Shown here: positions 17,161 through 26,714 of the stretch, in pieces
Layout: each line of letters opens with the position of its first letter
How positions within the stretch are numbered: the first letter of the stretch is position 1
IMG/VR virus record: IMGVR_UViG_3300026187_000059
Coordinates: 1-30,981 of that record
Origin: a virus
Lineage: Duplodnaviria; Caudoviricetes
Strand: one strand, 5' to 3'
Length of the DNA: 30,981 bases
Translations under genes and position numbers: made by a program
Notes under the pieces: model-generated
What the model was told of the DNA's origin: nothing
Databases searched by the model: none
Seen by the model: the letters and a program-made list of their open reading frames with translations, nothing else

Positions 17161-17975
17161 TAAAAGAACCCTCCAAGAAGTCCTCCAAGGATAGCTCCTG
17201 TGCCTGAACCTAGTCCAATAGTAGATCCTAAGTCAGCACCCATTCCAGCACCTTGTAAAATATTCGCACCAGTATTTCGATAGACGGGTGAAGTTTCTAC
17301 TGTCGTGGTCGGAACAGATGATCCTAATGCTCCGAGATATTGATTTAATTTGATATAAGGTTTTTGTTGTTCGTAATCAAAACGATCAATGGAGTCTTGA
17401 AGTTTTGCAAACTCTAAGTCTTCTCTTGCTTGACCTACATTAGCCAGGGCCTGGATATCAGTATAGTCAGCTTCACCTAAACCAGGTGCTACATTAACGG
17501 CATCCATCATTTTATTTCTTTCGTCTTGATAGTTGTTATAGAAAAATTGATTACCAGCATCAGCTAATGAGTCTGCTAAAACTTCTTGGTTAGCTCCAGA
17601 TCCAAATCGACCATATTTAGTAAATTGAGAATTAACTTTAGAAGTAATATCATCAGCCATTTCATTAAAAACAGCGGAAGCATAAGGATTAGAACTAGGT
17701 GATAAATAATCACCTGATAGAATTTTGTTTATCTCTGTTTGAGCTGAACCTAATAAAGGATTACCAGCTAACGCTCTTTGTTTTGTTAGCTCTAATGCTG
17801 TGTCGGTTTCAGGAGAAAAATTAACATAAGTGGCATTAGGATAAAAATTAGGTGTATCGCTTTGATATAATGCCTGGGCATCATCCATGGCGATATCCAG
17901 GTAGGGTCTGATGTAATCAGAGGGTTCTTGTTCTGATGTTGTTGTGACGTTTGTTGGGTTTGATCCTTTTGACAT
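17160..17975 (-). CDS. Ejection/DNA-transfer (pilot) protein
   Basis: P..YI.PYL, NPY and GRFGSGA motifs with a Gly-rich hydrophobic C-terminus. Confidence 0.7.
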   Translation of the reverse strand: MSKGSNPTNVTTTSEQEPSDYIRPYLDIAMDDAQALYQSDTPNFYPNATYVNFSPETDTALELTKQRALAGNPLLGSAQTEINKILSGDYLSPSSNPYASAVFNEMADDITSKVNSQFTKYGRFGSGANQEVLADSLADAGNQFFYNNYQDERNKMMDAVNVAPGLGEADYTDIQALANVGQAREDLEFAKLQDSIDRFDYEQQKPYIKLNQYLGALGSSVPTTTVETSPVYRNTGANILQGAGMGADLGSTIGLGSGTGAILGGLLGGFF

Positions 17976-17977
17976 AA

Positions 17978-18385
17978 TTATAAATCCTTACTTAGTAAAA
18001 TTGCTTTCTCCTTAAAATCCTTTAATTTTTTTAACCACCCTTTTCTTCCAGCAACCTCTAATTGCGTACAGTGGTTTTTCTTTGCAAATTTTTCGATAAC
18101 TTCTTGTATTTCCTCTAGCCAGTTCTCCAGGTTTGTGCCTCCAGCTAATACATAGCGAAGCACTTTAGCTTTAGGGTATTCGGCTATTTCTGTAATCACT
18201 GCACTTTCAATCCCATTATTCCAACTGATAAATAATTGGAACCGGTTATCTTGTAAACCTTGTTCCACATCTATTATATCATATGTGCCATCCAGGGCTT
18301 TTTGGAGCAGTGGTGCAACCTTAGTCCAAATTAAGAAAACATCTTGTTTGGGAACCTGGGTGCAAACTTTATCCGATGATAACAT
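17978..18385 (-). CDS. GNAT-fold virion-associated protein (position analogous to T7 gp13)
   Basis: LAGG..L..W....E.FAK...C..LE..GRKGW pattern. Confidence 0.6.
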   Translation of the reverse strand: MLSSDKVCTQVPKQDVFLIWTKVAPLLQKALDGTYDIIDVEQGLQDNRFQLFISWNNGIESAVITEIAEYPKAKVLRYVLAGGTNLENWLEEIQEVIEKFAKKNHCTQLEVAGRKGWLKKLKDFKEKAILLSKDL

Positions 18386-18695
18386 AAGATAAATCTTGAT
18401 CCGTATCTGTAGAGCTAGGATGATTTATAGTACAGCTCCCACTCCCTCGGCCTGTTATATACAAACCATTTAATGCTGTTCGAGCATTGGCTGTTTGAGG
18501 CATAAAGAGCAGAACAGAATTTAAACCTATTCTAGCGTCTGATAAGGTGGTGGTGGTTGATGAAGCAGTCAGCGTAATTTCTCCGGTACTGTTCAGTTTA
18601 CCATCCATCACATTGTTAATTGTAATCGCACATTGTCGAGCATGAGCTTTTGTATCAGGATTGGATAAAGGTACAGTTAAAAACTGATTAGACAT
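18369..18695 (-). CDS. Small tail (needle/plug-like) protein
   Basis: Helix followed by GKLNSTG.ITL and a beta-rich domain, downstream of the nozzle. Confidence 0.5.
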   Translation of the reverse strand: MSNQFLTVPLSNPDTKAHARQCAITINNVMDGKLNSTGEITLTASSTTTTLSDARIGLNSVLLFMPQTANARTALNGLYITGRGSGSCTINHPSSTDTDQDLSYVIIG

Positions 18696-20179
18696 TATCT
18701 CTTTCCTTCAGGTCGAGCTTCGACATCTACTCCAGAAAGAGTAGAAAAGTTTCCAGTCACATTGACTCGTAGTCGGTGATACCTAGATGTAGCTCTAAGT
18801 GGACAATCTCCACTATCTCGTACTGTAACAGCTGTGCCTTCGGTTACTGAGTTCATTTGCGATGATCGAGTTATGGGAGTTATCGTAACAGTGGTGTTTT
18901 CTCCATTAGCATCGACTATCGGTCTTGCATTAATTAATGTAGATCTTTTGTTTTCGACTCCTTCAAACTCTGTGGTATCCACAGTAGCTGAAAGAGAGCT
19001 TCCTAAGAATTTACCAAATTTTTTATCAGCACTAAAACCAGCAAGGCCAACCACACCTTCATCATAGAAGAAAGAGTCCAGGGATCGTGGTAAACCATCA
19101 AGGTTGCCTAAAGTATCTAAAGACTCCAGGGTATTAAATGCTTCCTGAGATGCTGTATTAATAAAATATAAATCTAGTCCAGAGCCAGTGGCCCATCGAC
19201 CAACAGAATAATTATAAATTAATAATTTATTATTTACTCCAGCTGATCCTGTGGAGCCTGATCCACGATATGACCAAACAACAATCGAGTTGTTAGGATC
19301 GATCGCACTAAAAATACTTTCTGGTTTTGCAACAAAGTCATTAAAGAAGGTAATGTTAATTTTTGCTGATCCAATCGGTATTAAATCTTGACCACCTTCT
19401 AAAGCATAAAATCCATCTTGAGATAAGAAGTAGATCGTATTACCAAAGGTAGAAATAGAACGAGGAGCAAAGCATCCCACATTTCCAATTTTGTTAAAAG
19501 TAAAAATTAATGGAGTTCCTATATACTCCATTCGAAAAATTGCTTTTTCAAAAAAGATAATTCCAAATGACTCGGAGCCAACTATACCCATGAGTCTTCC
19601 ATGTTCACCAGGTATATCTTGATAACCTGATTGCGTTGCCTGGCTCGGTGTCCAGGTAGAACTATCATTCAGTCCTGACCATTTTACTCGTTGAGGATAT
19701 TCTGTACTAGACTCTTCAGTGTATCCAGCAACAACAAAGTCACGAACGACAGTTAAGTATTTTGCTTTTAAAGAAACAAGATCACTAAAGGCTGTATCTG
19801 TTCCTTCTTCAAACTTTTGTATGTTATCAGCAAAGTTAGTTCCAATAACATTATCTCCAAACTTAGTAAAACTCCAAAAGTCTCTTGATCCTTCTGTCGT
19901 GGAGTTACTGTAACCACCAGACTTAGAGACATCCTGGAAGTCACCATTGTTATCCATCTGATAAAGCTTTGTTTCATCACCAGCATAATTAGTGATGCCC
20001 GTAGCTCCGATTGATGTAAATAAACCGACAGGAACTGAATTAAGAGCAGTGTCGCTTAATTCCACAAATCCTGGGAAACTTTTATATCCCTCTTTTAAGG
20101 GAATAACATTATCAGCTTTTAAGGCTCCCGTATTTTGGTAAGTCGGAAGATCTGATTGTAAATCTCCAAATTTTATCAT
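18695..20179 (-). CDS. Tail nozzle / tail tubular protein B-like (beta-propeller)
   Basis: 494-aa beta-rich protein with RV.WS..ND..W and GC.AP.SI..G..YFLSQDGFY, downstream of the adaptor. Confidence 0.75.
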   Translation of the reverse strand: MIKFGDLQSDLPTYQNTGALKADNVIPLKEGYKSFPGFVELSDTALNSVPVGLFTSIGATGITNYAGDETKLYQMDNNGDFQDVSKSGGYSNSTTEGSRDFWSFTKFGDNVIGTNFADNIQKFEEGTDTAFSDLVSLKAKYLTVVRDFVVAGYTEESSTEYPQRVKWSGLNDSSTWTPSQATQSGYQDIPGEHGRLMGIVGSESFGIIFFEKAIFRMEYIGTPLIFTFNKIGNVGCFAPRSISTFGNTIYFLSQDGFYALEGGQDLIPIGSAKINITFFNDFVAKPESIFSAIDPNNSIVVWSYRGSGSTGSAGVNNKLLIYNYSVGRWATGSGLDLYFINTASQEAFNTLESLDTLGNLDGLPRSLDSFFYDEGVVGLAGFSADKKFGKFLGSSLSATVDTTEFEGVENKRSTLINARPIVDANGENTTVTITPITRSSQMNSVTEGTAVTVRDSGDCPLRATSRYHRLRVNVTGNFSTLSGVDVEARPEGKR

Positions 20180-20808
20180 TAGACCACCACATCAGCTGAC
20201 ATTTGTAAGTTCTGAGATGCACTTCTTCCATTCTCGGAACTAGAGTTAGCAATTCGTAAAGCTTCTTTGTATAACTTGGCCCATACATCGAGTCGCTCAT
20301 CTTGCATTAAGAACGGAGCTGACTCTGCTAATGCTCCATATAAATATAAATCAGGATAATTAGTTAAAATGGTATTGGTTAAGTTACTATCTGATAAAGC
20401 AGTGAGTTTTTTAAAGAAGGCAATCTCTAAAGTTTTTGCTGAGTCTGGAGTAACACCCAGGTTAATTTCTGTACCAATAATGGTAAAGAATGACGGCCTT
20501 CCTGAACTAACACTAGCATTATAGTCTTTGAAGAAATCAAAAGGAGCTTTGTATTGTAAAATAGCATACGGATCAGATTGAAAGATAACATACTTTGCTT
20601 CAATAAATCCGGTAGGAAGACTATACGCTTGTGTACCAGCAACTGTTGTTGTGGATGTGTCAATGGTTTCCATTTCTCTAACTCGTAACTCATTATTCAT
20701 GCGAGACTCTGCTAATGTAATAAAATCTGGAATGTACGATGTGAGATCATCTCTATTCAGATAATTAGCGATTGTTGTTTTTAAGTTAGTGAAATTGGTG
20801 ATAGCCAT
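20179..20808 (-). CDS. Head-tail adaptor (tail tubular protein A-like)
   Basis: L...IA.YLNRDDLT..IPDFI.LAE and PDLYLYG.L.E.APFL..DER motifs. Confidence 0.8.
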   Translation of the reverse strand: MAITNFTNLKTTIANYLNRDDLTSYIPDFITLAESRMNNELRVREMETIDTSTTTVAGTQAYSLPTGFIEAKYVIFQSDPYAILQYKAPFDFFKDYNASVSSGRPSFFTIIGTEINLGVTPDSAKTLEIAFFKKLTALSDSNLTNTILTNYPDLYLYGALAESAPFLMQDERLDVWAKLYKEALRIANSSSENGRSASQNLQMSADVVV

Positions 20809-21146
20809 TACAGTTTACCTTGGTAAATTCTAAAATTTTTATTGTCCGGGTCGTTTAACCACTTCTTCATGCGTTCTTTATCTTTGATCGCACCATTCGG
20901 ATACATAATTCCTTTTTGTGCAAGTTGCTGAACGACAATTAAAGGAATAGATGCCACTTTATACATTTTAGCATCTTGAAATCCTTTCATCTTGTAAGCT
21001 TGATCGATAGCATCTCTTTTATTGTTGCTTAAAATTTCTGAGACATCCTGGGAGTCTTCAATGTGTATTTTTTTCTCTCCCTCGTCTAAGTGAATTTTAG
21101 ACTTAATAACTTCTGACCCTACATCAATGCTTAGTTTTTTTGTCAT
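20808..21146 (-). CDS. Conserved phage protein in the head module
   Basis: QDVS.IL..NK, VASIP and KKWLNDPDN..FR motifs. Confidence 0.7.
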   Translation of the reverse strand: MTKKLSIDVGSEVIKSKIHLDEGEKKIHIEDSQDVSEILSNNKRDAIDQAYKMKGFQDAKMYKVASIPLIVVQQLAQKGIMYPNGAIKDKERMKKWLNDPDNKNFRIYQGKL

Positions 21147-21346
21147 TATGATTTAATTGCGTTTGCGATTTCCTTGTCGATTGTATCCATGACAGCTAGA
21201 CCTTGATTAGCAATTCTCTTTTTGCCCATCTGGAAAAATCTGTCACCACCTTTGGCCATAGAAACTTCTTTTCCATCGCCTTTGGTCATAGTCAAATTGC
21301 TTTTGCCTTTATGACTACCTCTTTTGTAAATAGATTTTTTAAACAT
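21146..21346 (-). CDS. Small basic hypothetical protein
   Basis: 66 aa with AGGAG SD and TAATG coupling. Confidence 0.65.
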   Translation of the reverse strand: MFKKSIYKRGSHKGKSNLTMTKGDGKEVSMAKGGDRFFQMGKKRIANQGLAVMDTIDKEIANAIKS

Positions 21347-21370
21347 TGTTGCTCCTATATGAAAATGAAT

Positions 21371-21391
21371 GAGGGGGTAGAAAACCCCCTC
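21371..21391 (-). terminator. Intrinsic terminator-like hairpin after the MCP gene
   Basis: Perfect 8-bp stem gagggggt/accccctc with a 5-nt loop, followed on the minus strand by attcatttt. Confidence 0.75.
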
Positions 21392-21404
21392 GATAGATAA
21401 ATAA

Positions 21405-22379
21405 TTATGCAGTTAGGTTAAAGATACCATAGTTAGCGTTTGGTGAATGTGCTACGAGAGTCCACTCAGTTAAGAGTAATCTCTTCTCGTTATCACCAGA
21501 AGATGCTAATTCCTTTGTTTGGAAAGGTCTTAGTGATCCCATCGCCCAGGTGTCCATCTGTAAGATATCCACTCTGTTTGCGTTTTGTAGTCTATTTGCG
21601 ACAAAGGATAATTCACCAAAGTCAGAAATATACAAATCTACGGCACCAATTACTGACATTGATGAAGCATCTCTATAAGCTGTGCTTACGCCTGTGAAAG
21701 CAGAAGCTAATTGCTTATGTGATGGAGTCATCATAACTACTTCTGGATTACCACCTAATTGATAGGCTTTGAGTACACCAGCTTTAAGTAGAGCTTCAGT
21801 ATAAGTTCTGTTAGTACCACCAGCGATTGCAGTTGCACCAGTACCAGCTGGTTCAGCTGAAGGCGTACCACCTACTGAATAGTTATCAGCAGAAGTTGCA
21901 GTACCAGGGATGTTACCACCATACCAGGTTCCTAAAGATGCACTCTCACGAGCAGTTCCTGAAGAACCAGATGCTTTTGCATTTTCAACTCCAACCATAG
22001 CTCTTTCAATATCTTTTTTAAGCTCTTTACCGGCTTTAGATAATTGATAAGCAAGTTCAGAACCTTTACCAGCCTGGTCGACTGTTTCAATGGTTCCTGA
22101 TACTGCTACAGCTTTTGCTGAGATTTGTGTTCTGTTGTTAAGTTTTACAGTTGCTGATCTTGAACCAGCTGTGTAGTCGTCACCTTCGACTTGTGCGTTT
22201 GCACCAGCGTCTGCGAGAGCGTCTACTGACCACTCATGTAATGTTTGTGGTACATTGACCTTACCAATTCCTGACATAAAAGGGGTGTCGGCTGGAGCGA
22301 TGTTGTAAATAATATCCTCAAACGACTCTTTTATAGAATTGGAATCAAATGATTCAAATGTGTTGCTTGGAACGGCCAT
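21405..22379 (-). CDS. Major capsid protein (DUF5309/SU10-type, HK97 fold)
   Basis: E...DIIYNI.P.DTPF, HEW..D.L, N.TQI, LAYQ..K...ELK.DIE, Y.SDFG and LRP.....LA..GD motifs. Confidence 0.92.
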   Translation of the reverse strand: MAVPSNTFESFDSNSIKESFEDIIYNIAPADTPFMSGIGKVNVPQTLHEWSVDALADAGANAQVEGDDYTAGSRSATVKLNNRTQISAKAVAVSGTIETVDQAGKGSELAYQLSKAGKELKKDIERAMVGVENAKASGSSGTARESASLGTWYGGNIPGTATSADNYSVGGTPSAEPAGTGATAIAGGTNRTYTEALLKAGVLKAYQLGGNPEVVMMTPSHKQLASAFTGVSTAYRDASSMSVIGAVDLYISDFGELSFVANRLQNANRVDILQMDTWAMGSLRPFQTKELASSGDNEKRLLLTEWTLVAHSPNANYGIFNLTA

Positions 22380-22397
22380 TTGATATTTTCCTTTCTA

Positions 22398-23453
22398 TTA
22401 TATTGCTTTGTGTTTAATCATCTCTTCGAAGACAGATTTTGCATCGTTGATGTTTCCTGACTTCTTGAGCTTGTCCATTTGAGATTTAAACCTACGATTA
22501 CCTTCAGGTTGTGCGTCAACAGTTTTATTTGTGGTGCTAATAATTTTAGGTTTCTTAGAAACTTTCTTGGATTGTAAGTTTGCTTTTTTTAGTTTGTCAT
22601 AGCGATACGCATTGTAGAGCATTAGCACTGCTCGATGATCGACCAGCATTGAAATCTCTTCTGGGCTGTATCCCTGTTCTTTCGCATAATTCACAAGATC
22701 TTTTCTCAGGTTTTGACCTTTTTCTTTATCAGCATACAAAGGAAGTTTTTCAGATAAGATCTGTCTTTCTTTTTCCAAATACTGGTTATATGTCTTTTCT
22801 TGCTCTTGCTGTTTTTCAGCCTGGATACGTTGTTGTTCTTGTTGAGCAACTTGTAGAGCTTCTCTACGTTTATCCTGTTCAGCTTTTAATCGGACATATT
22901 CAGCTGGATTTTCTTGATAGAGTCTATCGAGATCTACCTGGTTATCTGCCTGTTGTAAATGTTGAGTTAATACCTGGAGTTGTTGTTGGTAATAATCTCT
23001 TTGTTGCTTAGCCACATCGTACTCTTTGGACAAATTAGTTTTTAGTGAGTCAATTTCTTTTCTCTCTTCGGCTAATTTTTGTGTCTTCTGAGTATAATCC
23101 TTCTGTCGGAGTCGTTCCTTTTTGATTTCTTCTAAGGTTAGTTTTTCGCCATCTAAGTCGATTAACTCCTCGTTACTTTCACTAGGTTCTTCTTCGTCTA
23201 GTAGGTTGATAAGCTCTGCATCTTCTCCGAGGTCTTCGTTATTCTTTGTAGAGTCGTTTTCCTCTGGGTTGGACACTTCACTCTCGACTTCATGAGTCCT
23301 TGTGGCTTCAGGTTCACTTGATTTCTCTTGTAAACCTAAAAGGGTCTTCATGTCATCGACTGCATCATGTTCGCTTTTGTATATTTTCTGTTCAACTGGT
23401 TTCTGTTCTACAGAATTATCAGTTGCAGAGTCCATCGCTGGTTGTTCTGCCAT
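22398..23453 (-). CDS. Capsid scaffolding protein
   Basis: Acidic N-terminus, RQ.DYTQKTQ.LAEERK, coiled coil and DHR motif. Directly upstream of the MCP gene. Confidence 0.85.
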   Translation of the reverse strand: MAEQPAMDSATDNSVEQKPVEQKIYKSEHDAVDDMKTLLGLQEKSSEPEATRTHEVESEVSNPEENDSTKNNEDLGEDAELINLLDEEEPSESNEELIDLDGEKLTLEEIKKERLRQKDYTQKTQKLAEERKEIDSLKTNLSKEYDVAKQQRDYYQQQLQVLTQHLQQADNQVDLDRLYQENPAEYVRLKAEQDKRREALQVAQQEQQRIQAEKQQEQEKTYNQYLEKERQILSEKLPLYADKEKGQNLRKDLVNYAKEQGYSPEEISMLVDHRAVLMLYNAYRYDKLKKANLQSKKVSKKPKIISTTNKTVDAQPEGNRRFKSQMDKLKKSGNINDAKSVFEEMIKHKAI

Positions 23454-23467
23454 TGTCTCTCCTTAAT

Positions 23468-23719
23468 TTATTGAGATTGTTTTTCTTGGGTTGCTAACTT
23501 GCCAGTCTCTAAGACAGACTGGAGTTGCATCAAAACAACTTCTAACATTCTTCTCATGCGAAAAATGTTTTCCCTTTGTTCTGAACTGGTTTCATCTGAG
23601 TTTAACCATTGGTTCATTAACTCAGTACGAATTTTGTTGATAGACTCGATAAAAATCTCGTCTTCTAAAATTTGTTTAGCTCTATGGCCTCTTTGAATTT
23701 CTTTTTCTTTATCTACCAC
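23468..23719 (-). CDS. Small helical head-module protein
   Basis: G..AKQIL....F and W.....RE pattern, between portal and scaffold. Confidence 0.7.
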   Translation of the reverse strand: MVDKEKEIQRGHRAKQILEDEIFIESINKIRTELMNQWLNSDETSSEQRENIFRMRRMLEVVLMQLQSVLETGKLATQEKQSQ

Positions 23720-24632
23720 CTATAAATCCTGTTCCTTTAAATTTATCTGTATTGTATGTTTTTGTAGGTGTTGCAAATTTTTGTGTTTTTGCAGTAAACA
23801 TTGCATTTGATCTTCCACCAGAGGAGTCACCACTATTGTTACCGGTATAAGAAACTGTATTACCACCACCATATTGTGATTGGTTAGGTGTTTGTTGAAC
23901 TGCTAATCCAGCGTAAACGTCACCCATGTCATCAGATTTATCACCTCTCGTTGTGACATCAGCCATTGCTTGGGCTTCTTCAGCAGTTTTACCTAAAACA
24001 TTTTGAGCAAAATTAAACATATTGTCTTTAGCCATCTGATTTTCAAATGCCTGGTTGTTTTGAACTAAATTTAAATTACCACCTTTAGCAAAAGTGAGCG
24101 TTCCGTCATCGGCACGATCTAAGACACCAGAATTGACTAATCGATTAGTGTCCAGGTATGTCATGAGTTGGCCCATCGGAGTAAATCTTCTAAAAAGTCC
24201 ACCCAGACCATCACCATAAGGATCAATAGGCCCTGAACCAAAGTAGGCACTACCTAATCCCATATTCATAAAAGCATTTTGTTCTGGGCTATAAACACTG
24301 CCTACACCTCGGTAAGGTAAGTCTGGTTGATTATTATCATCATCATTGTTTTCGACTATATCGACACATTGACCTAAGACTGGATCATACGTTTGACCAA
24401 TCGGACACGCATACGGATCTTCGGGGGTGCTTTCTGTGACTGTCGGTTGAAAGACTGGATTAGGATAGGTTGCAGTCGGATCAAGTTCACCAGCGAGTTC
24501 TTGTTGGGTTCTTAAATCAAAATAAGGATTACGATACATACCAGCAGAGTTAGTGTTGTATGTTGGTTCATTGTTTATTCTACTTTGGATAACATCTTGG
24601 TATGTTTTGGTTTTGTTAAAGGGTTGAAACAT
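23709..24632 (-). CDS. Low-complexity hypothetical (possible virion) protein
   Basis: 307 aa, TAATG-coupled to the portal gene. Contains CPIGQTYDPVLGQC. Confidence 0.65.
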   Translation of the reverse strand: MFQPFNKTKTYQDVIQSRINNEPTYNTNSAGMYRNPYFDLRTQQELAGELDPTATYPNPVFQPTVTESTPEDPYACPIGQTYDPVLGQCVDIVENNDDDNNQPDLPYRGVGSVYSPEQNAFMNMGLGSAYFGSGPIDPYGDGLGGLFRRFTPMGQLMTYLDTNRLVNSGVLDRADDGTLTFAKGGNLNLVQNNQAFENQMAKDNMFNFAQNVLGKTAEEAQAMADVTTRGDKSDDMGDVYAGLAVQQTPNQSQYGGGNTVSYTGNNSGDSSGGRSNAMFTAKTQKFATPTKTYNTDKFKGTGFIGGR

Positions 24633-26713
24633 TATTTACCTCTTAATATATCCTTTGCTAATTTTTCGTTTTCTAATTGTTCTCTATTTTGTTCATTCAC
24701 AATTTGTGATGCTAATTTTTCTTTTTGATAATTTTCTAAATTTTGATCTCTAATGATTTCTGTTGCCAGGCGTTGTTGATCTAAATCTAATCTTTCTCTT
24801 TTGAGTTGATCGTCTTGTCTCATTTTTGTCGATTTTAATTGAGCGTCTGTTTGTTGCTTTTGGGCCTTTAACTGTAGCTCAGCTCTTTCTTTAGCTTGTT
24901 TCATCATTAGCTCTTGTTGAGCTAGAGCCATGGCTGGATCAGGTTTTTTCGGCATCGGTTGTTTCGGAGGTTGTGTTGCCGGATTATTAAAGAACTGGTT
25001 CGCATCTTTGTATCCAGCATTCTCCAGGTATCGTTCAATCGTATTGTAAATTTTTTGTGTATCTACGAGACCCATACCACCACGAGAGATTAATTTTTCT
25101 TGGACATTTAAAATTCTGGTTAAAACATCCAGGCGTTGATCTTGTGATCCTGTACCCAGTCCTACAACAACAGTGGCATTGTATCGATCTACCCATTCTC
25201 GAGGATTAATCGGTACAAACTTTCCTCTTAGTTTAATAATTCTTTCGTGATCTTGGTGAGTACAAATCAAAGTTAATAATCCCTGGAATAATTTTTTAAC
25301 CCCATCAGCAAAGTTACGAGCTATCATCTCTATTCGTTGTGTAGAGGCGTTCATCATTAAGTTTGAACTAACAGCTGTCGTATGAGATTTATTGATTTGA
25401 TCGGCATCTAATCCCATTTGAACTTTTGAGACACCTGATCTAGCTTCTCTAATTTCGTCAATCTTACCTATCATGGCGAGGCCTTCATTAATGAAGTTAG
25501 GGGTTGCCAGGGGTTTCACAGCATCCGGTGATTTCACTCGAACAATACCTCCCGGGCGAGACACTAACAGATCATCAATATTCGCCATGGAGTCCTGAAC
25601 TACTAATCGAGAGTTGTTCTGGAGGTAGGCGTTGTTTAAGATTTGTCTCAGTAAGGTAGTTTTGATTTCTTGGATATCACCAATTAAGTCGTACATGGAC
25701 AATCCAAAGAAACGATGAGGCATCGGAGTTGCTACGCACATCGCATAAGGAATTTGTTCAATCTCTTCGTTTTCTAAGAGTTGATAATTATTATAGCCAT
25801 TACCCCCTACTGTTATTTTTCTGAGTTCAGCAATTCCGTCACCATCAAAATCACATTTTAAATAACACTCCGTCACTAACACTGTTGTCATGGAAGGATC
25901 GATATTTTGATAATTAAAATCAGTCGTGTGATCTTCGTAAGATTTACGGGTTACAGCTTCATCATTATAAACTTCTTCATCACTCGGTGGGAGGTCTTCT
26001 ACGATCTTACGATCAAAACCCATATCCACTAATTCAGATCTCGTTTTATAAACTCGTTGAGCAATAAAATTACAATCATCTAAAGAGGTAGCATATCGAG
26101 AGACCATCATGTTTTCGGGTGGTACATTCTCAATGCAAACACGACCAATATCTTTAACTCGTTTGACTTCTACATCATACAAAGTCATTCCCTGGTCATT
26201 TTGTTCTTCTTCTAAAGAGATAATCTCAATATCCTCATCCAGGAGTAATTTTTGATATTCTTCTTCGGTGAGTTGAGAGTAACTTTCTTTTTTCTGTTCC
26301 TGAGAAGTCTTCCAATAGAATTTGACAAAACCATTTTTAGAGATCAGGGCATCTTTAAACATCGTATGCAGTAACTGATAACCATTATTATCTTTTGAAA
26401 AGATATGATTGATATAATCCGTTGCCTGGTCAGCAAATTCGACATCTTCAGGTTGTTGAGCTTCAAATCGAACAATACTTTCACCCTGGGTAAAAATTCT
26501 CATCATGGAAGGCATGATCGTTTCAATCGTCTCTAATAAATCTTGAGAGACTACTTGAGACTGACCTTCAACTTCATTACCTAGAGGTTCCCCCAGGTAA
26601 AATTTTAAACCTTGTCTTCGATGTTCTGATAAATCTCCACCATAAAATCCTAATGAGTTGGTGATCTCTTGGGAAACGAGAGATAATAATTTGTCTTTGT
26701 TTAATTTTGCCAT
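24632..26713 (-). CDS. Portal protein (P22/SU10-like, with C-terminal coiled-coil barrel)
   Basis: G.SQVVS.D, FKDAL..KNG..K, IENVPPE, D.DGDGIAE and PHRFFG.S motifs with a Q-rich tail. Confidence 0.92.
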   Translation of the reverse strand: MAKLNKDKLLSLVSQEITNSLGFYGGDLSEHRRQGLKFYLGEPLGNEVEGQSQVVSQDLLETIETIMPSMMRIFTQGESIVRFEAQQPEDVEFADQATDYINHIFSKDNNGYQLLHTMFKDALISKNGFVKFYWKTSQEQKKESYSQLTEEEYQKLLLDEDIEIISLEEEQNDQGMTLYDVEVKRVKDIGRVCIENVPPENMMVSRYATSLDDCNFIAQRVYKTRSELVDMGFDRKIVEDLPPSDEEVYNDEAVTRKSYEDHTTDFNYQNIDPSMTTVLVTECYLKCDFDGDGIAELRKITVGGNGYNNYQLLENEEIEQIPYAMCVATPMPHRFFGLSMYDLIGDIQEIKTTLLRQILNNAYLQNNSRLVVQDSMANIDDLLVSRPGGIVRVKSPDAVKPLATPNFINEGLAMIGKIDEIREARSGVSKVQMGLDADQINKSHTTAVSSNLMMNASTQRIEMIARNFADGVKKLFQGLLTLICTHQDHERIIKLRGKFVPINPREWVDRYNATVVVGLGTGSQDQRLDVLTRILNVQEKLISRGGMGLVDTQKIYNTIERYLENAGYKDANQFFNNPATQPPKQPMPKKPDPAMALAQQELMMKQAKERAELQLKAQKQQTDAQLKSTKMRQDDQLKRERLDLDQQRLATEIIRDQNLENYQKEKLASQIVNEQNREQLENEKLAKDILRGK

Positions 26714-26714
26714 G

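Noticed and set aside
2467-23696. Plus-strand ORFs in the track (e.g. 2467, 3288, 4046, 4850, 10132, 11282, 12301-13755, 18834, 21440, 22580, 23300)
   Set aside because: All are antisense shadows of well-supported minus-strand genes, with no recognisable motifs.
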